From: Utricularia gibba
Lineage: Eukaryota; Plantae; Magnoliophyta
DNA: 64,000 bases
Direction: 5' to 3'
NCBI GenBank assembly: GCA_002189035.1
Contig: NEEC01000002.1
Span: 2,976,001 to 3,040,000 of the forward strand
The translations under genes were made by a program, and so were the position numbers. Positions 49,605 to 62,150 of this stretch are shown in pieces. The notes under the pieces are model-generated. The model was not told the DNA's origin, made no database searches, and was given only the letters and a program-made list of their open reading frames with translations. Each line of letters starts with the position of its first letter. Within the stretch, counting starts at the first letter, position 1.

Positions 49605-49990
49605 CTAAGCCAAGGCGGGGATGCTGATTTTCCGGCCGCAGTTGAATCCTTCGATTCTCACCGCAGGGTTGTTGCCGAAACTGGAACGGACGCCGCTGTC
49701 ACCGAAACGCGCGTCTTGGATTAAAGGGTTCGCAACTCGAACCGGCGGAGACCCGGCGAAAAACGGCGGCGAAGAGACGATTTGATCCGATTCACAACTT
49801 CCCTGTTCCAGAAAAAGAAAAATTAACTTTAATAGCCTGTTTCAAAAATACAAGATTCAAATCAGCAGATCCATTGACAAACATTGAGTAGGATTGTCTC
49901 CGGCAATTCGTGTCCCGGGGAGGCGAAAAGAGGGACGATACGGCGGGGCTTCGGGCAAACCACGTTCTCCGGTATAGCGTAGATCGTCAT
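49605..49990 (-). CDS. Compact uncharacterised plant protein (101 aa; VCPKPRR / SPPFFxGSPPxRxxNPLIQDARF / VRIEGF family), 2 coding exons
   Basis: Exon 1 (49990-49883): MTIYAIPENVVCPKPRRIVPLFASPGHELPETILLN. 80-nt GT-AG intron. Exon 2 (49802-49605): GSCESDQIVSSPPFFAGSPPVRVANPLIQDARFGDSGVRSSFGNNPAVRIEGFNCGRKISIPALA*. TATATAAAT at 50236-50228. Not called as a unit by the ORF track. Confidence 0.9.
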
Positions 49991-52899
49991 TTTCCCCTCT
50001 CCTTGACCTCTAATTCTCCAACTGTTGTAGAAAATACAACTAGGAATCAGGAATGGAACAGATCTGCGGAAAAGAAACTCGAAACAAGGAAACCCAAACA
50101 CGAATCTGGCGATCTTTTACCCTAAAGACAAGAGACGACGCGGGTCCTTCCCTTGGATTCCTCCTCGTTGGGCGAGAATTGGGAGAAGGAACGGAGGAGG
50201 AGGCGGAGGAGGGACTTGGGAAATGGAATTTATATACACGTGACAAGAATTCAGAGTGGTGGACTCCTTTGTCGGCCAACTAATTAATTTTCTGCGAGTC
50301 TACGCGTCCTTTAATTACCTTACCTGCCCTTGAGTGTTTCCGGGTCGACCCAACACGTATACTCCGAATCGGGTTGGATTGAACATAGGGATATAATTGA
50401 ACATTATTGTTTTAATAATTGCACGAGATACAAATTCTATTTCTAAATTAGAAAAGTAATAAAGTATGCCACGTCGTCATGCGTCACAAAGACAATGCTT
50501 TGTCGACAACTTTTGCATGAGCGTTTTGGCGTGCCCCAAATTACCCGCACCATAAGTGATAAAAAGGAGGAGTTTGGTCGCCAGTCCATTTTCTTTATTC
50601 ATTAACCAACCCTAGGACAAAATAGCAGCGCTAAGGTTCGGCTAACCCTTGAAAGTGAAAGTATTGATTGAAAAATTATTCGTATTAGAAGTAGAACATC
50701 ATTTCTCTTGTAAATTTGTTTTCCATATTTTAAAACTAACAAACCATTCAAATGCAAAATAAAAATTAAATCTCTATTAAAAAAATTTATTCCAATAAAA
50801 TAATTATTAAGCTCATAAAAAATTTACAAATAATAATAAATTTAAAATATTTACATTTTATTTATTATAAAAATATTTATGAAACTTACTAATTGTTTCA
50901 TAATCATAAAAAGTTTCAAAAGCTTATTTTTTTCTATAACATATTAGAAATAATAATTTTCTTCAATTGAAATGAAAATTCAAAATGAAAATAAATAAAT
51001 TTTTGATTTTATTATTACAAAAATTGAAACACAAATATAAAAGTTTTAGAGTATATAGATGTTTTATTGTGTAACAAATATTTTTATTTTTCATAAATTT
51101 TATAAAAACATCCAAATTGTGGGATGTTAAAAAAATTATCTGTTTCAATGATATAATTAATATTATTTAAATTTTTAAACGATTTTTTATATTTATGTAT
51201 GTAAAGAAAATTATTTTTTTATTTATTTTCCAAATAATCTGAAATTTTTTAATCATTAAAATTTATAGTAAAATCTAAAAATAAAAAATAACATTTATCA
51301 TACTTTTTTCTTAGAAAATCAATAGAAAAATTTACGATGTAAAAGTATAGTTATTTTGCAAAATGAGTTTAGTTTGGCAATGCAGCGAGAACATCTCATC
51401 CCAACAAATTATTATTGCGCGATCAACAGAATTGGATACGAGCAGAGCTGCGCCTGCTGTCCTCCACAGACAGACATTGGTCCCCTCCCACTCTTCGCGG
51501 CACTTTCCTGGTCTAAGTCAAACCATGCACATTTACCTTTTTATCCCTCCCACTCAACCTGCTCTGCTCAACGGTATGCGATATAGAGAGAGAATTAAAA
51601 TTACAAACAAAAAGAAAAATATTAAAATAATCTCAATAAAGGAAGAGAAGAGAAGCGATGCCCACATAGATCTGTTTCAAATTTAAGGAGTTGTCCCCGA
51701 CGAGTTAACGACCTTTTTACCGCCGGGGAACCTAAGGAGACAACTGGCCCTGGGAAAAAAAATAAATAAATAAAAATAAAGAGGCACACCAGAGCAGAGG
51801 CGAGGACCACTGGCTCCCCCCTTTGGTTCAATGCCAAGATTCGTAGAGGAATATTTCACGTAGAGGTTGTAAATGAAACTAGAGTAACCACTGTCACAGT
51901 GCATCGAAACAAACATAAAACGCCGGGGGGGAATCTCTTCCATCAACGTGTGGGGTGGCTTTACCAATTACCACTTCTTGGATGATGCAGGGAATGCGCG
52001 GGGGGCTTAGATGCCGGGATTGGCTGTCACCCCTCCTATCCTGCCTCTAGTAAACAATAAATATAGATTGTTCTCCATTATTTATTATAGTTAATTTCTA
52101 ATAAATTATTATTCATTTTCATTATTTGAAAATTAAGTATAATAATCTTTAGTGTCTTAAAGATTTATATTTTTAATTTCATAAAATTATTCCACATTGC
52201 TTTCTATAATTAATATAACCTGACTTGCGGCCCTTTCAATTCAACTCTTCCTTACATGGACCGCTGACTATTGCTCACTAGGCAAAAGCCCACTTGCTTA
52301 AGTGTGAGCATTTCATATTTGGTAGACATTCCATACTGGTTATTAAATGACTTTTAGACGATTATTTCAAAGCATGTAAGAAAGCAATTAAATAACAATC
52401 CAGAAAAATCTATGATGTTCACATATTAGAAAATATTTCACTAAAAACATGAAGAAACCGAAGAATTTCGTAATGAGTTCATAGAGGGAACTCTTAGAAC
52501 CCAATCAGAGTGCTTGTGTCTTCTTGATGTGCTTTTCTATGCCACAAAACCAATCCAAAATGTAAGAGGAAATTGATCTAGTCACTTAAGAAGAAGATTG
52601 CAAAGTTGAAAGGCAAAATTGAAGATGAACTAGGAGTCAAAATCTCAAAATATAAGATGTGATTTGCAAGAGAACAAGTATGTTGATCTATTAAAAAGAT
52701 TATATTATCGAATTCTTTCATATTAGAAGATTTGCGAATAAATACACATGTCTTAATCTGAGGAGCACTAAATACATTGCCATCATCTTCATAGATGTGT
52801 ATAGATCTGTCCAAAAGATATGTATTTGTAAATTTGTAATATAGATAATTAATTTTGAATCATTTTTACTAATGTTCATTTTCACATATACTTTATAGG

Positions 52900-53110
52900 C
52901 AATCAAAGATAGTCTCCAATAATATTATAAACCTTTAATTTGCATTGATGACACTCATGCAATGAAGGTGAAAAGAAAATTGTTGATTACCATTGCTCTC
53001 TCTAGTTCCAAACAATGATGTTTCACATAGACATATGGCTTGACCTGAAGTAATATTAAATACAACTGGGTTTGGTTCTTACAGAAGTTGGGAGTTGATA
53101 TGAGCCTTTT
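52900..53110 (+). mobile_element. Mutator transposase relic (core only; element probably ~52400-53300)
   Basis: PLICIDDTHAMKVKRKLLITIAL..Q*CFT*TYG..NWVWFLQKL corresponds to MULE IDGTHL..KLL.A...W.WFL. Confidence 0.75.
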
Positions 53111-56100
53111 TGAGAAGAATGAAGATATGTTTTGAATCATATAGGACCACATAAGTAGACTCCCTCTAGTGTTACATGTGTTTCCACACATGTAGGTATA
53201 TCAAATTTTTTGAGATATGTGATTGACAAATTTCTATTGCTATTGGTATTGGATGGAACTCTACTCATGAACATCCCTAATCAATCCATCTAAGGTCAAA
53301 ATGAGGTTAATGCCTCCTTAGGGTGTGTCTCAAGTAAACTTTGGTATTGATGGAGCCTCTTGTCGTTTCATGGTGATAATGCAACATAAAGGCTAAGGAG
53401 TGAGAAGAAGAAATGCATTTACGCAAGGCGTAGTTGCATCTCCACGCCATAATTCGGCAAGGGTCATCACACGAGGGTCCTTCCAGTCCATCAACATATC
53501 TTCAAAGTCTACCATACACCTTAGGATTGTGCATGAGATGATAGTAAATGAGGTTCATTTTGAAAAAGCATCCTTCATGACTTCATTTTGAAAAAACTAC
53601 ATATAGTTATGAAATGATAAAAAAATAGCTAATATTTTGATATTTTTTTTATTCTCACATGGTCATATTAACAAGACTAACTAACTCCACATAATTATAA
53701 AAAGTTGGTATAATTTTATTTCAATTTTTATTAATTCTTAATTTAGCACATGATTATTTTTTATTTTCTATTATCTAATTAACCAACGATACTAAAATCA
53801 TAAAATCAATATCTTTAATGTACAAATGGATTTATGGATTTATTAAATATAAATACATTTATATTTAAAACATAAATTTATTTATTGAAAATACATTTAA
53901 TATCTAATAAAATAACCCATTATAATTAACTATGATGTAAATAAGATAAAATAAGAACTAATTTGTGAAAACAACAAATAAAGTAAAATAAATCAATTTT
54001 ACTAAACTACAAATATTTTAATAATAAGTAATTTATGTAAAAAAAATAGGTATTTTTACAAAAAAAATAAGTAAAAATAGATAGTTTCATAATAATTATA
54101 AAACTACGATTATTTTAGTAAAAAAAAATTTCTGATATAGGCATTTAAATAAATTGAGCGGATAAAGTGTGAATATACCAAATTGCTAATTGAAATGATT
54201 TTTAAATAATTTATATAAAATCATAACCTATTAGTTTTGATGTACTTCAAAATGAATTGGACCTCATGCATAGGAAGAGGTGCAAAACTAAACCAATAGG
54301 CTCTCCTATGTGTGTGTGGGCCAAGTTTACATTTTGACTCACTTTGTTTTGACCCCATTAGGATTAGGCGATATACATTTGACTGATTTTTGAAATCGAA
54401 ATGGTTATTCTGGAAGAGTCTATCGAATTTTGGGAAATCAAAAAATCTTTTAGGACAACGTGTTACGTAGCTGTGGTTTTTATCGTTTTCTCACTTTTGG
54501 TGTTCGATTTACAAGACAAAGAAGTGCACCAAATGGCTAATGTTTTCCTAAGATACCTGCATAACTTGGACACGTGCACCTGCACGAGTGTTGGGTGTAG
54601 CACAAACTACACATGGTTATTCCACACCTAAAACACATACCTGCACATGTGCCGGAGTGGCCTCTTTTGTCCCATCTGTTACAACTACAGCAGACTTTCT
54701 TCCAACTCATCTGATATCTTCGCCAAAAAAGCACTTATCAAACCCACAAAGAAATGCAAAATTTTGTTCCCAATTCACTAAACTTCAAATCAAGGGATAT
54801 ATCTAAATAGCATGACAGCAGGAAGTAAGCATGCTTACGACACATGACAAGGGAATCCAGAAAGGCGCATCTGATGCTCATCGGAAGCAGAACCTCTTTG
54901 CGTCAGCTCCACTCTCAACTCATGAATTTGTAAAATACCAAAAACAAATTAAACATTGTGGATGTTGAGTCTATGCTCGATTCCTGGATGAAATCACTCC
55001 TTAAAGAGCTTCCATCCCGTACTGCCGACAATTTCTTCCATATGATCCTATAAGCACTACTGTTCCTCGGTCTCTGAATTAGTATAATCACACACTGAGG
55101 TACGATTAATCAGTAAAAACTTAATCTGAGATACACAACTGACAATTAATGAAACTTTAGAAACATACCAAGGAATAGAGCAACTTAGACCATGAAAAAG
55201 AACTCTTTTTTCTCAAGTAAAAGTTTATAACAGTTGTGTACTTTCAACAAGGAAGACATTTCAAGGTACATTATGGCATTTTTATTTTTGGTTTATCTCA
55301 AAGAGGAGTAATCATCTCTATCTTCTGGAGTCTAGAATCTACAAACGTGGCCTAGAGAATAAGTCTTCTTGTCAGTTGTGTTCATTTTTCAAGTGTTTTT
55401 AAGAAGGCCCTTAGAGAGAACTTAGTGATCCCTGAAGTGAACCACTTTATGATCCTCTCACCGACCAGTAGAATTCAGAGAACATCTCACTAAACTGAAC
55501 ATCAGTCAAAAATCCATAATTTACAAAAATTTCCAAAAGAAAACCCAGATGAAAGAACATCCAGACAGCACAGGGTTCTGGATTTCATTTCAAATGCCTA
55601 AAATTATCTTCTGAGGAAGGAAATGTTGATAACAAAAGTGGATTCGTTTCCTCTCTGGAATATTTTGACTCTTCAATAACACTTTTCTAGTAAGACAAAA
55701 CATAAAGGCTTGTTGTACAGATGAGTCAACGAGTGAACAAAAAAACAACCCGACCTAAAATATATCATAAAAACTCTTGAGAAAATATATTTCTACACTG
55801 AAATGTGTTTCACTTTTTTGAAGCGAGAAAAAACAAATAAACCAGCCTCACTATCAGCTTTTGAATTTTGGAATCATCCCATAGATGCTTCTTTTTTGCT
55901 CAATCATTCAAAAAAGGAGAATATAAGAGAAGCTTCACTGGATCTTTTGAAACTACGCATCCATCCACAAGCCCCACATTCATCTTAATACAACACAAAC
56001 GTAATCAAACCATTGACCCAGTATTGGTCTTCGCTGATAATGGTTTTTTTTCCTAAAATATTTTGTCGATTGCATTCTCATTGTCTCTTTCCTGTTTTTA

Positions 56101-57318
56101 TTCCCCAAAATGGATGGAAAAAACTAATGAAAGGAAGAGTTGCCATGCTTAAAACATGGAGTCCACATATAGAAAAGGAATACGTAGTGTCATATTACTC
56201 TCCAGATACATGTAATTTTTGTAGAAGGAATACACAAGATGCAGTTAGTTTCTTTCAACACCCTGGAAGTGTTGTTGGTCCCAGCAAAGTTGACGCTCAA
56301 ATACTGGGTTGTGGGACTGTTATGGAGCCATGATGTGATCAGTTGATGGGGATGATAAGGCAACCGTATGGGTTCTCATCAGAAGTGAGGGGGCAGTTCT
56401 GTCTGTAATAAGAAGGGGCATAGCAGGTTTCCTTTGGCTGAATTAGGAAGCTTGATCTCTGGTGCACTGGTGAGTGAAGTCATTCTTCCTGAGTGCGTAG
56501 GTGTATGTGATTGCTGTTGCTGTAACATAGTTTGCGAGCTCTTGTATTCTGTTTAAACATAGTGAATTGCTGGTCTTCGTTGGGGTGAACCTGAGCCCAG
56601 GATATTTCCGATTTTACCTAGTTAAATATCCGTGTGTCTTGCATTTATTTTGCATATTAATTCAACATCGTTCCAAGTTCATAAACAGAAGCTAGAGTTC
56701 ATCGCTATTCTAGAGCTTAATTTCCAACAATTATCTCCTTTTTCGCTGATGTCTCATTTCATGTTAAAATGGCTGTTCTTTTGTAAATGGATGCGCCACG
56801 TATTGCGAAGGTATTCACAAAGTTTCTTGCTATATCTCTTTGTTGAGTAGATCCAACCAATTGATAATGTAATTAAAGAAAACAATTTTGATAAATTACA
56901 TGACTTCCATGATTATAGAGACATTGATAACATGTCATCAACACTACTATAATACATTCCCTCGCTAAAGCAATATACATTATAAATAAAACTATAAGTT
57001 ATCCTAATTTCAAAACTTCTGGCCTCGATTATATTTTTTCTTATGTGGCGCATCATCGAAAATTTTCTTCTGAATTTTGATATCACTTGTTTGCGAAAGA
57101 TGGATGGATACTCGACCATGGCGAACCCCCATGAATGAGAGAACGGAAGGAAAATCCCATGATTGATACCGACACAAATACAAAGAAAAATGGCACAACA
57201 TACCCGGTGCAAACTCGTTCTTAAGCATCCGTAACATAACAAAAACAGTTTCGCATTCACGAGAAATCCAAGTTCCACTGATAACATTCTACTGAGGAAG
57301 AATAGAACGATAGGGATA

Positions 57319-58314
57319 TCAAATGATTCCAATCTTGTTGGCAACATCAAGAGCATCATAATCGGGTGTCAACCTCACATAAGCCTTCTTGGTACCATCC
57401 GGCCTGAAAGATGAAGACAACAGAGCCCAAGGAATCATACACTAAACGTATTTAGAATGCTTGAAAGAATTCATTCACGACCCACAAGTTGAGAGGCAAG
57501 AAGCCATTGAGAGGTAAAAGAACAAAGCATACATATCCCAAAAAAAAAAGGCATCAGCGCATAGTGATTAAGTATGTCTCGACCCCTGAAGCAAATAATG
57601 CCGCCTCGCACAGAGTTTCAGACAAGATAAAGAGTAGTACCTGATAAGAGTGTTAACCTTCTTGGTCTGTATGTCATACATTTTTTTGACTGCGTCCTTA
57701 ATCTTCTTCTTATCAGCACGGATATCCACAATGAAGACTAATGTGTTGTTGTCTTCAATTTTCTTCATAGCAGACTCCGTGGTAAGAGGATATTTCAGAA
57801 TTTGGTACTGGTCAAGCTTGTTGCGTGATGGAGCGCTGACCCGGGGATACTTGGGATTCCTGTCCTTCTTCAATGTCTTTGGCCTGTGAAATGTAACACT
57901 CGTGCGTATCTTCTTTGCCTTCTTCTTTAAGGTGGCTGAGCCAGCTTTCACAGCCTTGGCTGCCTTCAACGCCTGAGCTTTCGGATCTGACTTCTTGGTG
58001 GTATCAGCTATAAAATATATTCAAAAAAATAATAATGCTTATTCGCATCATGTAACCCTAGAGGCGCATACCAAGGTGCTACACGTAAAATCCTAAGAAA
58101 TGGCCTCAGGGAGCTTCGTTATCATGAGAACAGGACTACGGCATAAAACCGCCATTGATAAAGATAACAAAAAACGAATCTTGAGAGCACAGAAAGCATA
58201 TCGTACTGCAATAGCGGGAATTCGGAGTGATTAAATGCTAAGAAACACAAATCGGAGAAGATTAATCGTTCCGATTAAGGCGAGGAAATGCAATTTACCT
58301 TTCGCAGGAGCCAT
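57319..58314 (-). CDS. RPL23A: 60S ribosomal protein L23a (uL23), 3 coding exons, 155 aa
   Basis: Exons 58314-58299, 58007-57641 and 57403-57319 (468 nt, GT-AG). [84 protein letters not shown]. Confidence 0.98.
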
Positions 58315-58524
58315 TGTAACCAGATGTTGTTTGTACACTCTCGATAAAAGCTCTCAGCTGCGAAAAGATTAAGAAAAAGAAGAAGAAGACCAGTCAAGCC
58401 ATGAGATTCAATCTGAACAGCCGAACTCCGCTGTAAATCTGAGGTGAGAAGCTAGAACCTGAACTGCCGCCGGCTAAGGGTTCCCGGTGTAGAAGTTCCA
58501 GGCTTGATAGTTGTTGCAATATCA

Positions 58525-58592
58525 AGCCCATGAAGCCCATATCGTGTGAATGGGCTTCTGAGGAATTTCGTCTGGCCTATTCAGAAGCCCAT
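58525..58592 (-). promoter_or_regulatory. Cluster of four site II elements (TGGGCY) in the RPL23A promoter
   Basis: AGCCCA at 58525, 58534 and 58586; TGGGCT at 58551. Site II clusters are established features of plant ribosomal-protein promoters. Imperfect telo-box near 58474-58482. Confidence 0.75.
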
Positions 58593-60499
58593 GATCGCTG
58601 TTTCCCCGTGAGTCGCAATGATTATGGCTCGCATTTATTCCACCTTTCCGTTCCCGTTGGATCAGAAGGGTCTCTCTCGCAGGAGCAAAAATATGTTGTT
58701 TGACAAAAAATTAATTTAGAAATATAACTAGTGTGTGTTTTTGTGTGAAAAATTATTTAACTTTATTTTTTTAATTTTTATTCGTTTCAATAACTAAAAT
58801 TATTGTATTTTAATTCTTTATCAATGTAAACATAATCACTTATAATATAAAATAAAATTATGTTTATAAAATATGTATATAATGAATAAAATAGATATAT
58901 AGTTGAAAATCGAAAAAAAATAATATGACTTCAAAAGAAAAAAGGATTTTCACCAACCGATTGTATATTATTTTTATTTTAAATTTATATTATGCACTGA
59001 ATTTTTATATATTATTTGTATCAAATGTTATTTTTATTTCAAATTTATATAATATATTTGATCTTTAAATCTTATTTCGATCTAATGTATATTTTTTTAT
59101 TTTAAATTTATATTATATATCATATAATTATTTGGAATATTTTGAATCGATTTTTTTATTTTAAATTTATATTACGTATAATTTATTTGTGTAACATAAT
59201 TAACACAATACAAATTGATATATGTATAATTGATATTTTGATTTTGTATTAATATTTATAAAATGAATATAAATTAATTAAAGATTCATTATTTTAAATT
59301 TGTAATTTTCTTTTTGAATTACTTTCAATTTTATAAAAACATATCATTTGTATAGAATTGAAATCAAACTCTTAACCTAAGTATTTAAAAAATAGAATAA
59401 TCCAAATTAAGCTACACAAATACATATTAAAATAACACACGGATGCGGTTTATGGTTAACCCATGCCCGTGTCGTAAACATTGTAATCCACATCCGTGTT
59501 ATATAATTATTGAAATGTTTGTAACTTAATTGGTATTTTTGTGTTTTTTCAAACTATAGTTTAAGAGTTCGATTCCAATTCAACACAAATTGTATGTTTT
59601 TGTAAAATTGAAATTAATTCAAAAAAAAATAAAAAACTTAAAATAAATAATGAAAATATTGAAATTTCAATTCATTTTCATTAATTTTAATTTTTGTATG
59701 AATAAAAATATTAATTCGAAATATCAATTATATATATATATATATATAAATTTATATTTATATTCTTCATAAATAAAAATTAGTTATTTTTATTATGAAA
59801 AATATGATACCCAAAAAGTAATGTTATTTGTTTTCCAGAATTTTATTTTCTTTGTTTTCCAAAATTTCATGTTTTTCTTCTTTTATCATAACATATTCTT
59901 CTTCATTTTTGAAAAGCATGTTTATATGGAAGATTTTTGCAGCGTTGCACAGAACATTGTCGTTGTAGTCCGGTGGAATCAAATCAATATGACAATGTGG
60001 GGGGGGGGGTATTACTTTGAGAATAGACCCACCACCTTTACAGAAATTGGACTCGGGGAGAAGGCACTCCTTCTCATCCGAACATTTTATTTTAAGACAG
60101 TCGTACCTCGTATGTTTGAAGCATGTATTAACCATGGTAGTGTATATGGTGTATGCTTCCTAGTATAAATTTCCATAGTTGCAAGTATCACCGTAGTATA
60201 TTTAACTAATATATATCAAATGAGGTTATATATCAATAAATTTTTTACATCATGTTATTAATTAATTAATCCTCATCAACCTTATTAATAAAATATTTAT
60301 TTTTGAAAATTCATCAAAACAAAAAAAAGTTAAAACAATTTCAATAATACAATAATTTTATTTTTTTCGATGAAAAATATTAAATAAATTATTAAATATC
60401 AAATTACGACAAACTATGGGCTAACGAGATGTTTCATCGTCATTTGATTGATAACTCCAACTTTCAAGTAACAGTTGGATAGATGATCGAGGTGACTAA

Positions 60500-62150
60500 A
60501 AATAGTTTCGATATTAGATTAACAGTGGACGTCGATCAATGTTCGGTGGTTGATAGGTGGACTTGATGATATGTCTTGCATAGGCAATGCAATTTCTTAA
60601 TTATCTTTCAAACCTCGTTTTCTTCGTTCTATATCCATTGTCATTGGGAATTAGTATTTCTTCTCCGACGCGACGTGGTTGGTTTTTTGTGAGATACATC
60701 ATGCACAAGTTCAAATAATGGTGGTGCTCATTAAAATTCTGTCTGCAATGGTTGAAATTGAGTCTGATACGTATTAATATGCATCACAATTGAAAATAGA
60801 GGACTGATGAAGGATTGTGAGTCAACTCTTAGTTTCTTGCAAGCTTGTTGAGCATGTCAATATAGAACCTTGAAATTTTGTCACTCTCTACATGTGCATA
60901 TACCATCCTTTACTTGCATTAGGAAAATCTTTCTTTCTTGTCCTGGTTTATGCCGTTTTGTCACGCGAACAACCATATTTGCTTGATCGTATATCTCCAC
61001 ACATACATGTGACATTTTATGATTCCAATATTTATATAACTTGGATGAATTTTTTGACGAATTGGAGTTTTTGATGATATTGTTGTAAGACCTTAGATAA
61101 TTGCTTTATGAAATCATTCTTGCACCATATGAATGTTGTCTAAATTTTCATAAGAGAAAAATTAGGGACATGAGTATAAGATTATACCAAATATATAGTT
61201 ACTAATACATATACCAATACAATTATTGGAAGGTATTGTGTACCACGTAGCATATCATTCATACTTTTGACTTAATTCGTAGTCATGGTTCCAGATCTAA
61301 GTATGGTTAAGAATGTTAAGTTTTTTTTATGGAAATAATAAAATAATTAAAATATCTTACCTTTTTCCTCTATCATGTGACAACGTCTATGATTTTGTAG
61401 GGAATTGAGAAAATTAACTCTAAGCACCAATGTCAAAATCTCGGATCTAATCCATATAGAAGTTGAATTTCTCCACTGATGTTGCATTTGCAACCCTTGT
61501 GAATATATCTTTTAATCTTGGATGCTTGTATTTATTTATAACATTCACTCTTTGTTATCGAATACACCATCTATGACATACATCATTTGCAAGCCTGAAA
61601 GTGTGAACTTGTTCTGCTGTCTTTTTGATAGAATCACACCTATTAGAGATTAGGAACATTGGTATATCCCAAGGAACATACCTACCGAGTAGCTGTCAAT
61701 ATTTCTTTTCACGAATGATCTCGTTATGTTGATGATATACTTAACTCCAATATTTCAATGATCATAATATCTTGGACCATCCCGACTATAGGTGTAAGAT
61801 AATTCTATTATATTAACTTTCCATTAACCATATCTTTTATAGTAGACATCATGAATCCTCTTGCATCTTTGCTCTCTACGCTGTTTGCAATGTAAATCCA
61901 AAACATTAGGTTTTCAATTATTAACATAGAAATCTTTACCGATTTAATCGAATACTCTAGCATTGTGTTACGAAAGACCTTCTTATTTTCTAAAATATGA
62001 CATCAAGCAATTAGACATTCAATTTCATCCAATTCTGAAAAATCATCTTCATCATCTTCATCTTCATCAAAATTCTGTTCGTAATCCGGATCTCATTCTA
62101 CTTGATACGAGTGTATGCATGACAAAGATACACGATCGTGATTTACCCAT
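60500..62150 (-). mobile_element. Mutator (MuDRA-like) transposase relic
   Basis: CHRWCIR..NVINKYKHPRLKDIF..ANATSVEKFNFYMD (~61430-61600) and SWIM finger GICTCRE*QNFKVLY*HAQQACKKL (60843-60904); heavily degenerate. Confidence 0.8.

Noticed and set aside
54845-54860. GGATTCCCTTGTC (minus) as a snoRNA guide against 25S rRNA GACAAGGGGAAUCC
   Set aside because: It is one base short of the rRNA match and has no properly placed C/D boxes.
56330-56385. Minus-strand TGATGA...CTGA pair suggesting a box C/D snoRNA
   Set aside because: Only ~45 nt span, with no terminal stem or guide identified.
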